Assembly (NCBI RefSeq): GCF_000406145.1
Contig: NZ_CM001976.1
Span: forward strand, 3,569,263-3,601,262
Direction of reading: 5' to 3'
DNA from: Dickeya dadantii NCPPB 898
GTDB taxonomy: Bacteria; Pseudomonadota; Gammaproteobacteria; Enterobacterales; Enterobacteriaceae
DNA length: 32,000 bases
Below the pieces are notes generated by a model. The model was given only the letters and a program-made list of their open reading frames with translations, searched no databases and was not told where the DNA came from. The position numbers and the translations under genes were made by a program. Positions within the stretch are counted from its first letter, which is position 1, and every line of letters begins with the position of its first letter. Shown here in pieces: positions 20,310 through 29,743 of the stretch.

Positions 20310-21218
20310 ATGTCTGAATTACGCCCTTACGTCGGACGCTTCGCGCCTTCTCCATCCGGCGATCTCCATTTTGGTTCCCTGATTGCCGCACTGGGCAGCT
20401 ACCTGCAGGCCCGCGCCTGCCGCGGACGCTGGCTGGTGCGTATCGAGGATATCGACCCGCCGCGCGAAGTCCCCGGCGCCGCCACACGCATTCTTAGCCA
20501 ACTGGAACAGTATGGCCTGCTCTGGGACGGAGACGTGGCGTACCAGTCTCGTCGCCACGACCTTTACCGCGCGGTGCTGGCCGACCTGCAGCGTCAGGGG
20601 AAATGTTACTACTGCACCTGCACCCGGCAACGCATCCAGCAGATTGGCGGCCACTATGACGGTCACTGCCGCGATCTCAGCCTGCCGCCAAATCAGGCGG
20701 CGCTGCGTCTGCGCCAGAGCCAGCCGGTTATCCACTTTCACGATCGCTTGCGCGGGCAGATTGACGCCGACCCGACGCTGGCGCGAGAAGACTTTATTAT
20801 CCATCGCCGCGATGGCCTGTTTGCCTACAATCTGGCGGTGGTGGTGGACGACCACGATCAGGGCGTTACCGAAATTGTACGCGGCGCGGACCTGATCGAA
20901 CCGACGGTGCGCCAGTTATCGCTGTACCACCAGCTGGATTATCCGGCGCCGGCCTACGTGCATCTGCCGCTGGCGCTCAATTCCGACGGCAACAAACTCT
21001 CCAAGCAGAACCACGCGCCGGCGCTGCCGGACGGCGACCCGCGGGCAGTGCTGGCACAGGCGCTGGCCTTTTTGCGCCAGCCATTGCCAGCGCACTGGCA
21101 AGACCTCGATCGCGACGCATTGCTCGCATGGGCCGTCGCGCACTGGTCACTGGTTACGGTTCCCGTCGAAGCCGCCCGTACATCGCCGGAAATAACATCA
21201 GCATTCTCAAAGGGCTGA
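20310..21218 (+). CDS. gluQ: Glutamyl-Q tRNA(Asp) synthetase (truncated GluRS paralog)
   Basis: [28 protein letters not shown]...[13 protein letters not shown] (HIGH-type class I fold), the zinc-binding pattern CYYCTC...YDGHC, and KLSKQN. It is colinear with E. coli GluQ (YadB). Confidence 0.93.
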   Translation: MSELRPYVGRFAPSPSGDLHFGSLIAALGSYLQARACRGRWLVRIEDIDPPREVPGAATRILSQLEQYGLLWDGDVAYQSRRHDLYRAVLADLQRQGKCYYCTCTRQRIQQIGGHYDGHCRDLSLPPNQAALRLRQSQPVIHFHDRLRGQIDADPTLAREDFIIHRRDGLFAYNLAVVVDDHDQGVTEIVRGADLIEPTVRQLSLYHQLDYPAPAYVHLPLALNSDGNKLSKQNHAPALPDGDPRAVLAQALAFLRQPLPAHWQDLDRDALLAWAVAHWSLVTVPVEAARTSPEITSAFSKG

Positions 21219-21286
21219 GGGTGAGCTATGATTAGCCGCTATTTTTTGTTGTGCCGTTAATTTTCCAATGATTATCGAGGTGTATT

Positions 21287-22690
21287 ATCTTTACCCGGGT
21301 AGCTAATTTTTGCCGCAAGGTACTGAATCGTGAGAATGAGCCCGCCAGAGCGGACAATCCGCCGCAGGCGATGACGGTCGTTCCCCGTGACCAGCATGCC
21401 ATTTCACGCAGCGACATTAGTGAGAATGCGCTGAAAGTACTGTATCGCCTGAGCAAAGCGGGCTATGAGGCTTATCTGGTAGGCGGCGGCGTCCGCGACC
21501 TGCTGTTGGGCAAAAAACCCAAAGACTTCGATATCACCACCAACGCTACCCCGGAACAGGTCCGCAAGTTGTTCCGCAACTGCCGACTGGTGGGCCGCCG
21601 TTTTCGTCTGGCGCATGTGATGTTCGGCCCGGAAGTCATTGAGGTCGCCACATTCCGCGGCCACCACGAACAGCATCAGGAACAGGAAACGAAAAATGCC
21701 GCCCAGCAAGGCCACAACGGTATGCTGCTGCGCGACAACATTTTCGGCACTATCGAGGAAGACGCCCAGCGGCGCGACTTCTCCATCAACAGCCTCTATT
21801 ACAGCATCGCCGACTTCACCGTTCGTGACTATACCAACGGCCTGAACGACCTGCGTCAGGGGTTGATTCGTCTGATTGGCGAACCGGAAACCCGCTACCG
21901 CGAAGACCCGGTGCGCATGCTGCGCGCCGTGCGGTTCGCCGCCAAACTCGGTATGCGCATCAGCCCGGAAACCGCCGAGCCGATTCCCCGCCTGGCCTCG
22001 CTGCTGCACGACATCCCGCCGGCGCGGCTGTTTGAAGAATCGCTGAAACTGCTGCAGGCGGGTTACGGCTATCCGACCTATCAGTTGCTGTGCGAATACC
22101 AGCTGTTTCAGCCGCTGTTTCCGCTGATCAGCCGCTACTTCACCGCTAACGGCGAAAGCACGATGGAACGAATGATCGTGCAGGTGCTGAAAAACACCGA
22201 TCAACGCATCCAGAACGACATGCGTGTTAATCCGGCGTTTCTGTTCTCCGCCATGCTGTGGTACCCGCTGGTGGAACATGCCCAGAAGCTGACGCAGGAG
22301 AGCGGGCTGGCTTACTTCGAGGCGTTTGCCTTAGCCATGAACGACGTGCTGGACGAACAGTGTCGCTCGCTGGCGATCCCCAAACGCATTACCTCGCTGA
22401 TCCGCGATATCTGGCAATTGCAGTTGCGCCTGTCTCGCCGTCAGGGCAAACGCGCCTTTAAACTGATGGAACACCCGAAATTCCGCGCCTCTTACGACCT
22501 GCTCTGCCTGCGTGCGGAAATCGAAAACCATCAGGAGCTACAGCGCCTGGCGCAGTGGTGGGGAGAGTTTCAGGTCGCCGCGCCGCCGCGCCAGCAGGTA
22601 ATGCTGAACACGCTGGATGACGGCCCGACGCCGCATCGCCGTTCACGCCGCCCGCGCAAGCGCCCTGCCCGCCGGGATAACGCCCGGTGA
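21287..22690 (+). CDS. pcnB: Poly(A) polymerase I, with a predicted non-canonical (ATC/ATT) initiation codon
   Basis: The body matches E. coli PcnB ([40 protein letters not shown], basic C-terminal tail). The frame is open from 21272, and codons 21290-21325 encode [12 protein letters not shown], identical to residues 2-13 of E. coli PcnB. No ATG, GTG, TTG or CTG lies upstream of it in frame. Only ATT (21284) and ATC (21287) follow the GAGG at 21277-21280. The first ATG (21371) would remove the conserved N-terminus. Confidence 0.85.
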   Translation: MFTRVANFCRKVLNRENEPARADNPPQAMTVVPRDQHAISRSDISENALKVLYRLSKAGYEAYLVGGGVRDLLLGKKPKDFDITTNATPEQVRKLFRNCRLVGRRFRLAHVMFGPEVIEVATFRGHHEQHQEQETKNAAQQGHNGMLLRDNIFGTIEEDAQRRDFSINSLYYSIADFTVRDYTNGLNDLRQGLIRLIGEPETRYREDPVRMLRAVRFAAKLGMRISPETAEPIPRLASLLHDIPPARLFEESLKLLQAGYGYPTYQLLCEYQLFQPLFPLISRYFTANGESTMERMIVQVLKNTDQRIQNDMRVNPAFLFSAMLWYPLVEHAQKLTQESGLAYFEAFALAMNDVLDEQCRSLAIPKRITSLIRDIWQLQLRLSRRQGKRAFKLMEHPKFRASYDLLCLRAEIENHQELQRLAQWWGEFQVAAPPRQQVMLNTLDDGPTPHRRSRRPRKRPARRDNAR

Positions 22691-23175
22691 TCCAGGTTTA
22701 TCTGGCGCTGGGCAGCAACCTGTCCGAGCCATTGCAACAGGTGCGTGCGGCGCTAACCGCGCTGGACGCCATTGCGCACACCAGGCTGGCGCGCTGCTCG
22801 TCGTTTTATCGCAGCCGCCCGCTCGGCCCGCAGGATCAGCCGGATTATCTCAATGCCGTCGCCGAATTGCAGACCACGTTATCGCCGGAAACGTTGCTGG
22901 ACCACACCCAGCGCATCGAGCAGGAACAAGGACGGGTGCGTAAGGATCACCGCTGGGGGCCGCGCACCCTCGACCTCGATATTCTGCTGTTCGGCTCCCT
23001 GACGCTGCATACCGAACGGCTCACGGTTCCGCACTACGATATGAAAAACCGTGAGTTTATGCTCTACCCACTGGCTGAACTGGCGCCGGAACTGGTGTTT
23101 CCCGATGGAGAAGCGCTAACGACGCGGTTACAACAGGTGCCGCGCAACGGCCTGACCCTGTGGGACGAACAATAG
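22687..23175 (+). CDS. folK: 2-amino-4-hydroxy-6-hydroxymethyldihydropteridine pyrophosphokinase (HPPK)
   Basis: [12 protein letters not shown]...[15 protein letters not shown]...[20 protein letters not shown] matches HPPK. The GTG start overlaps the pcnB stop (GTGA at 22687-22690). Confidence 0.93.
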   Translation: MIQVYLALGSNLSEPLQQVRAALTALDAIAHTRLARCSSFYRSRPLGPQDQPDYLNAVAELQTTLSPETLLDHTQRIEQEQGRVRKDHRWGPRTLDLDILLFGSLTLHTERLTVPHYDMKNREFMLYPLAELAPELVFPDGEALTTRLQQVPRNGLTLWDEQ

Positions 23176-23210
23176 CCTTTCCCCCCTCATCCTGCTGACC
23201 GCGATGCGCG

Positions 23211-23244
23211 GCTGGCGCCGGATAAAACGCCAGTCTCTTGTTTT
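23211..23244 (+). terminator. Possible terminator after folK
   Basis: ctggcg (23212-23217), loop, cgccag (23228-23233), followed by TCTCTTGTTTT. The stem is short. Confidence 0.4.
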
Positions 23245-23336
23245 ACAAATAGAAATAGATCGCTGTTCCTGATGCCTGCCTTCCATTAGAATGATTTCCC
23301 CTTGAACTGCCCTTGAGTTGACTCAGGAAGGTTGCC

Positions 23337-24131
23337 ATGAAAGCGACGACTATTTCTCATCTGCGCCAGTGGAAACAGGAACAGAAAAAGTTCGCCACGT
23401 TAACGGCTTATGACGCCAGCTTCGCCCAGTTATTTTATGAACAGGGCATCCGCGTAATGCTGGTGGGGGACTCTCTCGGTATGCCCGTACAGGGCCACGA
23501 CTCGACCCTGCCCGTCACCATTGACGATATGGTTTATCACACCCGCTGCGTACGGCGCGGCGCGCCGCATTGCTTGCTGTTATCCGACCTGCCATTTATG
23601 GGCGCCGCCACGCCGGAACAGGCCTGCCAGCAGGCCGCGGCGCTGATGCGCGCCGGTGCTAATATGGTCAAGATCGAAGGCGGCAGTTGGCTCGTGCCGA
23701 CCGTGCGTATGCTGACCGAACGCGCCGTCCCGGTGTGCGGACATTTGGGGTTGACCCCGCAGTCGGTCAATATCTTTGGTGGCTATAAAGTCCAGGGGCG
23801 CGACGAAGCCGCCGCCAGCCAGCTGCTGGAAGACGCGCTGGCGCTGGAACAAGCGGGCGCGCAGTTACTGGTGCTGGAATGTGTGCCGGTTTCGCTGGCC
23901 CAGCGGGTGACCGATGCGCTCAGTATTCCGGTCATCGGCATCGGCGCCGGCAATGTCACCGACGGCCAGATTCTGGTGATGCACGACGCCCTGGGCGTGA
24001 CCGGCGGCCATACGCCGAAATTCGCCCGCAATTTCATGGCGGAAGCGGCGGATATCCGCGCCGCCGTTCGCCTGTATGTGCAGGAAGTCGAGCAGGGAAC
24101 CTTTCCCGATGAGAAATACAGCTTTGTTTAA
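23337..24131 (+). CDS. panB: 3-methyl-2-oxobutanoate hydroxymethyltransferase (ketopantoate hydroxymethyltransferase)
   Basis: A 264-aa ORF with [32 protein letters not shown]...VGDSLGM...VKIEGG...ECVP. An AGGAAGG Shine-Dalgarno sequence lies upstream. It follows the panBCD order. Confidence 0.96.
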   Translation: MKATTISHLRQWKQEQKKFATLTAYDASFAQLFYEQGIRVMLVGDSLGMPVQGHDSTLPVTIDDMVYHTRCVRRGAPHCLLLSDLPFMGAATPEQACQQAAALMRAGANMVKIEGGSWLVPTVRMLTERAVPVCGHLGLTPQSVNIFGGYKVQGRDEAAASQLLEDALALEQAGAQLLVLECVPVSLAQRVTDALSIPVIGIGAGNVTDGQILVMHDALGVTGGHTPKFARNFMAEAADIRAAVRLYVQEVEQGTFPDEKYSFV

Positions 24132-24146
24132 CACAGGAGCAAGCGT

Positions 24147-25001
24147 GTGTTGATTATTGAAACGCCGGTGCTGCTGCGCCGCGAACTCCGCCGTTGGCGT
24201 CTGGAAGGAAAACGCATCGCTTTGGTGCCCACCATGGGCAACCTGCATGACGGCCACCTGACGCTGGTGGACGAAGCCCGGGCCCGGGCCGATATCGTGA
24301 TAGTCAGTATTTTTGTCAATCCATTGCAGTTTGACCGGGCGGACGATCTGGCTCGCTACCCGCGCACCCTGCAGGAAGACTGCGAGAAGCTGACGCGCCG
24401 CGGCGTTGACCTGGTGTTCGCGCCCGCGCCGGACACCCTCTACCCTAACGGCCTGCAACAGCAGACGTTCGTGGAAGTACCGGGGCTGTCGCAGATGCTG
24501 GAAGGCGCAAGCCGTCCGGGGCATTTTCGCGGCGTCGCCACCGTCGTCAGCAAGCTGTTCAATCTGGTGCAGCCGGATGTGGCCTGCTTTGGCGAAAAAG
24601 ACTACCAACAACTGGCGCTGATCCGTCAAATGGTGGCCGACATGGACTACGATATCAGCATCGTCGGTGTGCCCATCGTGCGCGCCAAAGACGGCCTGGC
24701 GCTCAGCTCACGCAACGGTTATCTCACCGCCGAAGAGCGCCAGCAGGCGCCGCAGCTTCGCCGCATCATGAACGACGTGGTAGAACAATTATCCAACGGC
24801 GACCGGCAAGTTGATGATATGCTCGCCAAAGCGTCAGAGGCGCTGCGCGACGCCGGATTCACGCCCGATGAGCTATTTATTCGCGACGCCGCTACGTTAC
24901 AGCCGCTGACCATCGACAGTACCCGTGCCGTGGTGCTGATGGCGGCCTGGCTGGGCAAGGCGCGCCTGATTGACAACCAACAGGTGGATTTGACCACCTG
25001 A
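24147..25001 (+). CDS. panC: Pantothenate synthetase (pantoate-beta-alanine ligase)
   Basis: [41 protein letters not shown]... is colinear with E. coli PanC. The GTG start at 24147 is preceded by AGGAG (24135-24139). Confidence 0.96.
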   Translation: MLIIETPVLLRRELRRWRLEGKRIALVPTMGNLHDGHLTLVDEARARADIVIVSIFVNPLQFDRADDLARYPRTLQEDCEKLTRRGVDLVFAPAPDTLYPNGLQQQTFVEVPGLSQMLEGASRPGHFRGVATVVSKLFNLVQPDVACFGEKDYQQLALIRQMVADMDYDISIVGVPIVRAKDGLALSSRNGYLTAEERQQAPQLRRIMNDVVEQLSNGDRQVDDMLAKASEALRDAGFTPDELFIRDAATLQPLTIDSTRAVVLMAAWLGKARLIDNQQVDLTT

Positions 25002-25026
25002 TTTTTCCAACCAGAGTGACAGACCG

Positions 25027-25407
25027 ATGATTCGAACCATGCTGCAAGGTAAGCTGCACCGGGTGAAGGTAACCCAGGCGGATTTACATTATGAAGGGTC
25101 CTGCGCCATCGATCAGGATTTTATGGACGCCGCCGGTATTCTTGAATACGAAGCGATCGACATCTACAACGTGGACAACGGCCACCGTTTCTCCACCTAC
25201 GCGATCGCCGCTGAACGTGGCTCCCGCATTATCTCCGTCAACGGTGCCGCCGCGCGCTGCGCCTGCGTCGGCGACAAGCTGATTATCTGCTCCTATGTGC
25301 AGATGCCGGATGAGCAGGCGCGCGAGCATCGCCCAAAGGTCGCCTATTTTGGCGACAACAACGAGTTACAGCGCACCGCCAAAGCCATTCCGGTGCAGAT
25401 CGCCTGA
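25027..25407 (+). CDS. panD: Aspartate 1-decarboxylase proenzyme
   Basis: A 126-aa [33 protein letters not shown], containing the Gly24-Ser25 self-processing site. Confidence 0.96.
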   Translation: MIRTMLQGKLHRVKVTQADLHYEGSCAIDQDFMDAAGILEYEAIDIYNVDNGHRFSTYAIAAERGSRIISVNGAAARCACVGDKLIICSYVQMPDEQAREHRPKVAYFGDNNELQRTAKAIPVQIA

Positions 25408-25421
25408 ATCATTGCGCCGAT

Positions 25422-25453
25422 AAAAAAAGCGGGACGGCACACGCCATCCCGCT
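25422..25453 (-). terminator. Rho-independent terminator of yadH (also downstream of the convergent panD)
   Basis: agcgggacgg (25428-25437) pairs with ccatcccgct (25444-25453) with one mismatch. On the minus strand the hairpin is followed by T7 (the complement of the A-run at 25422-25428). Confidence 0.8.
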
Positions 25454-25476
25454 TCACATCCGACAAAACCCTCTGA

Positions 25477-26247
25477 TTAACTACGCAAGCCGCGCCCACG
25501 CTCAATCAGCCACCAGCTCAGCCCGTAGAACACCACGATAAACGCCAGCAGCACCGCCAGCGTCAATGCCAGCGGCACATCATGAATGCCCAGGAATCCG
25601 AAGCGGAAGCCGCTGATCATATAAACCACCGGGTTCAATTTGGACACCGCCTGCCAGAACGGCGATAGCAACGACAGCGAATAGAACACGCCGCCCAGAT
25701 AGGTCAGCGGCGTCAGCACGAAGGTCGGGATCAGGCTGATGTCGTCGAAGGTTTTGGCAAATACGGCGTTGATCAGCCCCGCCAGCGAAAACAGCATCGC
25801 TGTCAGCAGCAATGTCACCACCACCATCCACCAAGCATGCACGTGCAGCGGCACAAAGAACAGCGACACCGCAGTAACCAGCACGCCGACGCAGATGCCG
25901 CGCGCCATACCGCCGCCGACGTAACCGGCGATGATGATGTGCGTCGGCACCGGCGCCACCAGCAGCTCTTCGATATTACGCTGGAATTTAGCGCTGAAAA
26001 ATGACGACGCGACGTTGGCATAGGCGTTGGTAATCACCGACATCATGATCAGCCCCGGCACGATGAACTGCATGTAACTAAAACCGTTCATCTCGCCGAT
26101 ACGGCTGCCGACCAGATTGCCGAAAATGACAAAATACAGCGACATGGTAATCACCGGCGGCAACAATGTCTGGATCCAGATCCGGGCGAAGCGGTTGATT
26201 TCCTTGCTCCAGATGCTCTGCAGCGCCACCCAGTATAACCCCATCAT
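25477..26247 (-). CDS. yadH: ABC-2 type transporter permease YadH
   Basis: A 256-aa ORF near-identical in pattern to E. coli YadH (GFSYMQFIVPGLIMMSVITNAYANVASSFF...QRNIEELLVAPVP). Its ATG overlaps the yadG stop (ATGA). Confidence 0.92.
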   Translation of the reverse strand: MMGLYWVALQSIWSKEINRFARIWIQTLLPPVITMSLYFVIFGNLVGSRIGEMNGFSYMQFIVPGLIMMSVITNAYANVASSFFSAKFQRNIEELLVAPVPTHIIIAGYVGGGMARGICVGVLVTAVSLFFVPLHVHAWWMVVVTLLLTAMLFSLAGLINAVFAKTFDDISLIPTFVLTPLTYLGGVFYSLSLLSPFWQAVSKLNPVVYMISGFRFGFLGIHDVPLALTLAVLLAFIVVFYGLSWWLIERGRGLRS

Positions 26248-27167
26248 GCTTTATCTCCGTTGTTATTGAGCAGAGCGACAAACAGTTCTTCCAGGCGATT
26301 GGCCTTGTTACGCATACTGAGAACCTGAATGCCTTGTGCGCTGAGCTGGCTGAAAATGCCGTTCAACCCCTGTTCACGTCTCACGTCCACTTCCAGCGTC
26401 GAGGTATCCACCAGCCGGTGCTGATAACCCTCCAGCCTGGGAAGGGCGCTCTTCGCCGCCAGATCGAAAAAGAAGGTTTCCGATTGCAGTTTGGCCAGCA
26501 GCGCCTTCATCGAGGTGTTTTCCACCAGTTGCCCGGACTGGATGATGCCGATATTACGGCACAGCATTTCCGCTTCTTCCAGATAATGGGTGGTCAGGAT
26601 GATGGTAGTGCCTTGTCCGTTAAGCTCTTTGAGGAACCCCCACATTGAGCGCCGCAATTCGATGTCCACCCCGGCGGTCGGCTCGTCAAGAATCAGCAGC
26701 TTGGGTTCATGCATCAACGCACGGGCGATCATCAGGCGGCGCTTCATGCCGCCGGACAGCATGCGGGCGCGCTCGTTGCGCTTGCCCCACAGGTCGAGCT
26801 GATTGAGGTATTTCTCGGCGCGCCGCAACGCTTCCTGCCGGGGAACGCCGTAGTAACCGGCCTGATTGACCACAATTTGCATCACGGTCTCGAACGGATT
26901 GAAGTTGAATTCCTGCGGCACCAGCCCCAGTTGCCGCTTGGCGTTCACGATATCCCGGTCCAGATCGTGGCCGAACACCTGAACCCTGCCGTCGGTCTTG
27001 TTGACCAGTGAACTGATGATGCCGATGGTGGTGGACTTGCCGGCGCCATTGGGCCCCAGCAGGGCATAGAAGTCCCCGGCCTCAACGCGCAGGTCGATGC
27101 CGCGCAGCGCGCGGACGCCTCCCGGATACGTCTTGGTCACATTCGCCAATTCCAGTGCATATGTCAT
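26244..27167 (-). CDS. yadG: ABC transporter ATP-binding protein YadG
   Basis: GPNGAGKSTT (Walker A), LSGGMKRRLMIARAL (signature), LLILDEPTAGVD (Walker B), and TTHYLEEAE (H-loop). Confidence 0.92.
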   Translation of the reverse strand: MTYALELANVTKTYPGGVRALRGIDLRVEAGDFYALLGPNGAGKSTTIGIISSLVNKTDGRVQVFGHDLDRDIVNAKRQLGLVPQEFNFNPFETVMQIVVNQAGYYGVPRQEALRRAEKYLNQLDLWGKRNERARMLSGGMKRRLMIARALMHEPKLLILDEPTAGVDIELRRSMWGFLKELNGQGTTIILTTHYLEEAEMLCRNIGIIQSGQLVENTSMKALLAKLQSETFFFDLAAKSALPRLEGYQHRLVDTSTLEVDVRREQGLNGIFSQLSAQGIQVLSMRNKANRLEELFVALLNNNGDKA

Positions 27168-27293
27168 AGCTGAAAGCGTGCCTTATTATCAGTTAGCGGG
27201 TCGAGAACAGACCCAGTTTTCGATTTCAAAACCCTTGTGATTGCTCTATATTACCCTGCACCGCCCCTTTGTTGTTACAGGTCCTTTACTTTC

Positions 27294-27935
27294 ATGAAAA
27301 CAATAGAAACGCTGATCGCCAATAACCAGCAATGGTCTGAAACGATAGTGAAAGAAGACCCTGATTATTTCGAACGGCTGGCATTAGCTCAGCGTCCCCG
27401 CTTTCTGTGGATTGGCTGCTCGGACAGCCGGGTTCCCGCCGAAAGCCTGACCAGCCTCGAACCGGGCGAACTGTTCGTTCACCGTAACGTGGCTAATCTG
27501 GTGATCCATACCGATCTTAACTGCCTGTCCGTGGTGCAGTACGCCGTAGAAGTACTGGAAGTGGAGCACATCATCATTTGCGGCCACTACGGCTGCGGCG
27601 GCGTGCAAGCCGCGGTTGAAAACCCGGAGTTGGGGCTGATCAACAACTGGCTGCTCCACATCCGTGACCTGTGGTATAAGCACAGCTCATTACTGGGAGA
27701 ATTGCCACCCGAACAGCGCTTTGACAAACTGTGTGAAATCAACGTTGTGGAGCAGGTCTACAATCTGGGCCATTCCACAATCATGCAGTCGGCCTGGAAA
27801 CGCGGCCAGAAAGTGACGATTCATGGCTGGGTCTACGGGATTCAGGATGGGCGTCTGCGTGACCTGGAAGTCACCGCCACCAGCCGCGAAACGCTGGAGC
27901 AGCGTTATCGCCGGGCGATCTCGTCGCTGCTGTAA
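27294..27935 (+). CDS. can: Beta-class carbonic anhydrase 2
   Basis: [16 protein letters not shown]...[15 protein letters not shown]...[13 protein letters not shown] carries the zinc ligands in the CxDxR and HxxC patterns and is colinear with E. coli Can. The start is the ATG at 27294. The track's 19-codon upstream extension is discounted. Confidence 0.93.
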   Translation: MKTIETLIANNQQWSETIVKEDPDYFERLALAQRPRFLWIGCSDSRVPAESLTSLEPGELFVHRNVANLVIHTDLNCLSVVQYAVEVLEVEHIIICGHYGCGGVQAAVENPELGLINNWLLHIRDLWYKHSSLLGELPPEQRFDKLCEINVVEQVYNLGHSTIMQSAWKRGQKVTIHGWVYGIQDGRLRDLEVTATSRETLEQRYRRAISSLL

Positions 27936-27946
27936 TCCGTTTCATT

Positions 27947-27968
27947 GCGCCCATGCCGGCATGGGCGC
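27947..27968. terminator. Perfect 22-nt palindrome between convergent can and hpt (bidirectional terminator candidate)
   Basis: gcgcccatgcc|ggcatgggcgc is flanked by tttcatt upstream and gatttc downstream. Confidence 0.6.
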
Positions 27969-27979
27969 GATTTCACACG

Positions 27980-28513
27980 TTATTGCGGGATAACCTTGCC
28001 GATAAACGGCAGGTGGCGATAGCGCTGGGCATAATCGATGCCATACCCCACCACAAATTCGTCAGGGATGGAGAAACCAATCCATTCTACCGGCACCGGA
28101 ACTTCACGACGTGACGGCTTGTCCAGCAGCGTACAGATGGCCAGCGACTTCGGCTCGCGCAGTTGCAGAATTTCCCGCACCTTGCTCAGGGTATTGCCGG
28201 AGTCGATGATATCTTCGACAATCAGCACATCTTTGCCGCGGATATCTTCATCCAGATCCTTCAGAATCTTCACGTCGCGGGACGAATTCATGCCGCCGCC
28301 GTAACTGGAGGCGGTCATAAAATCCACCTCGTGGGAAAGATCAATGGCGCGGCACAGATCGGCCATAAACACAAAAGAGCCGCGCAGCAGTCCCACCAGC
28401 ACCATATCGCTGCCGCTGTTGCGGTAATGCTCGCTGATTTGGCGTCCGAGCTCGGCCACCCGCGCCTTGACCTCCCGTTCGGAGATCATAACGTCCACCG
28501 TATGTTTCATCAT
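27980..28513 (-). CDS. hpt: Hypoxanthine phosphoribosyltransferase
   Basis: [25 protein letters not shown]...[14 protein letters not shown] (PRPP-binding motif)...[19 protein letters not shown] is near-identical to E. coli Hpt. Confidence 0.96.
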   Translation of the reverse strand: MMKHTVDVMISEREVKARVAELGRQISEHYRNSGSDMVLVGLLRGSFVFMADLCRAIDLSHEVDFMTASSYGGGMNSSRDVKILKDLDEDIRGKDVLIVEDIIDSGNTLSKVREILQLREPKSLAICTLLDKPSRREVPVPVEWIGFSIPDEFVVGYGIDYAQRYRHLPFIGKVIPQ

Positions 28514-28659
28514 ACTGACAACTCACAGAAAAAAGGTATCCAGTATCGGCCGCTGGGGCCATACTCCGATGCTGATACACAGCCAGGCTGTGCCGCAATT
28601 CATCACGGCGCGCAGTATAACAGAAAGCCTGGGTTCACCCATCCCATAGCGGAGAGAGC

Positions 28660-29112
28660 ATGACAACCTTATCATCTTCAATGGCTGACAACGTTATCAC
28701 CTATAAAGTGAACGACCCCATCAATGTCGATCAGTTTATCCACCTGCTTAACCGAACCTCACTGGGTCCGAGACGGCCGCTGGATCAACGCGATACCCTC
28801 GCCGGCATGCTAACCGAAACCGACCTGCTGGTAACGGCGTGGCGAGGCGATGAACTGGTGGGCGTGGCGCGCAGCGTGACGGATTATCACTTTTGCTGTT
28901 ACCTGTCCGACCTGGCGGTGGATGAAACTTGTCAGCACGGCGGCATCGGTCGTCAGCTTATCACGCATACCGCTCAGCAGCTCAAACCGCAGTGCCGTCT
29001 GATTCTGATTGCCGCGCCCCAGGCCGTGGACTATTACCCCAAAATCGGCTTTGAGACGCACCCCAGCGCCTGGCATATTCTGGCGGGTGATATTCTCGCA
29101 CTGAAGCGTTGA
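28660..29112 (+). CDS. GNAT family N-acetyltransferase (substrate unknown)
   Basis: A 150-aa ORF with a GNAT core: beta-4/alpha-3 region YLSDLAVDETCQHGGIGRQLI (Q/R-x-x-G-x-G/A acetyl-CoA pyrophosphate-binding motif) and C-terminal YYPKIGFE. The start could instead be Met8 (28681). E. coli K-12 has no ortholog at this locus. Confidence 0.75.
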   Translation: MTTLSSSMADNVITYKVNDPINVDQFIHLLNRTSLGPRRPLDQRDTLAGMLTETDLLVTAWRGDELVGVARSVTDYHFCCYLSDLAVDETCQHGGIGRQLITHTAQQLKPQCRLILIAAPQAVDYYPKIGFETHPSAWHILAGDILALKR

Positions 29113-29267
29113 GGTCTGTGCGAAGTGTGTCGAGTGTGGCGAAAATATCAACATATTCGCAAGAAAGTCAGGATTCCGTTATCGGCGGATAAAAGAGGGT
29201 AAAACGCGTTGCGCAGTATCGGTAAAAGGTTTCTGATGGGCTTCGGTCAACCGAAACGAGGTGTAAC

Positions 29268-29609
29268 ATGACAGCACTAACGAAAACCTGCCGCACTGTG
29301 GCGCTGATTGCCGGTATTTCCTTGCTTTCGGCCTTGTCTGTGGCGTCTGCGAATCCGGAAAATCCGGAACCGCGGGGGCCAGACAGGCAGGAGATAATGC
29401 CGCCGCCACCGGGGTTCCCACCGCCGCCGCTCAGGTTGCCGCCACCAATACCTGCGCTTTATCAGGCATCATTGCAGGCGACTGATCCGGTATTGGCTGC
29501 TAATAAACTGGTCGCCAACGTACCGCAAGGCGGTGGTAAAACCTATGAAGTCAGCATCAGCGTAAGGGAAGTCCCGCCAGAACCACCGCAGCCAACTGCA
29601 ACCAGATAA
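29268..29609 (+). CDS. Hypothetical secreted proline-rich protein
   Basis: A GAGG Shine-Dalgarno sequence lies 6 nt upstream of the ATG. The N-terminus has a Sec-type signal peptide, MTALTKTCRTVALIAGISLLSALSVASA|NPENPE (AxA site). The mature part contains PPPPGFPPPPLRLPPPIP and a C-terminal PPEPPQP. I recognise no family. Confidence 0.6.
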   Translation: MTALTKTCRTVALIAGISLLSALSVASANPENPEPRGPDRQEIMPPPPGFPPPPLRLPPPIPALYQASLQATDPVLAANKLVANVPQGGGKTYEVSISVREVPPEPPQPTATR

Positions 29610-29720
29610 CATCATATGTAGCGTCAACGGTCAGACCAATCACAGGTAGTGGGGAACAGAACAAAACGGAGTTGTACCAATGTTGAACAGGGTATTAACA
29701 GCAGATTGATACTCTGGCAG

Positions 29721-29743
29721 ACAAAGCGGGCCTGACGCCCGCT
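29721..29743 (-). terminator. Probable terminator of the ABC operon
   Basis: agcgggc (29725-29731) pairs with gcccgct (29737-29743). On the minus strand the hairpin is followed by TTTGTCTG. It overlaps the ATPase stop codon. Confidence 0.45.

Noticed and set aside
28660-29112. The GNAT as a TacT/AtaT-type toxin of a toxin-antitoxin pair.
   Set aside because: No small RHH or DUF1778-type antitoxin ORF lies immediately upstream, because the neighbour is the divergent hpt. The gene stands alone with its own spacer. It is more likely an ordinary metabolic or detoxifying acetyltransferase.
29668-29709. A 9-codon mini-ORF (MLNRVLTAD) with a GGAG 8 nt upstream, in the spacer between the secreted orphan gene and the ABC operon.
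   Set aside because: It is too short to evaluate from sequence alone, has no supporting features, and is likely chance.
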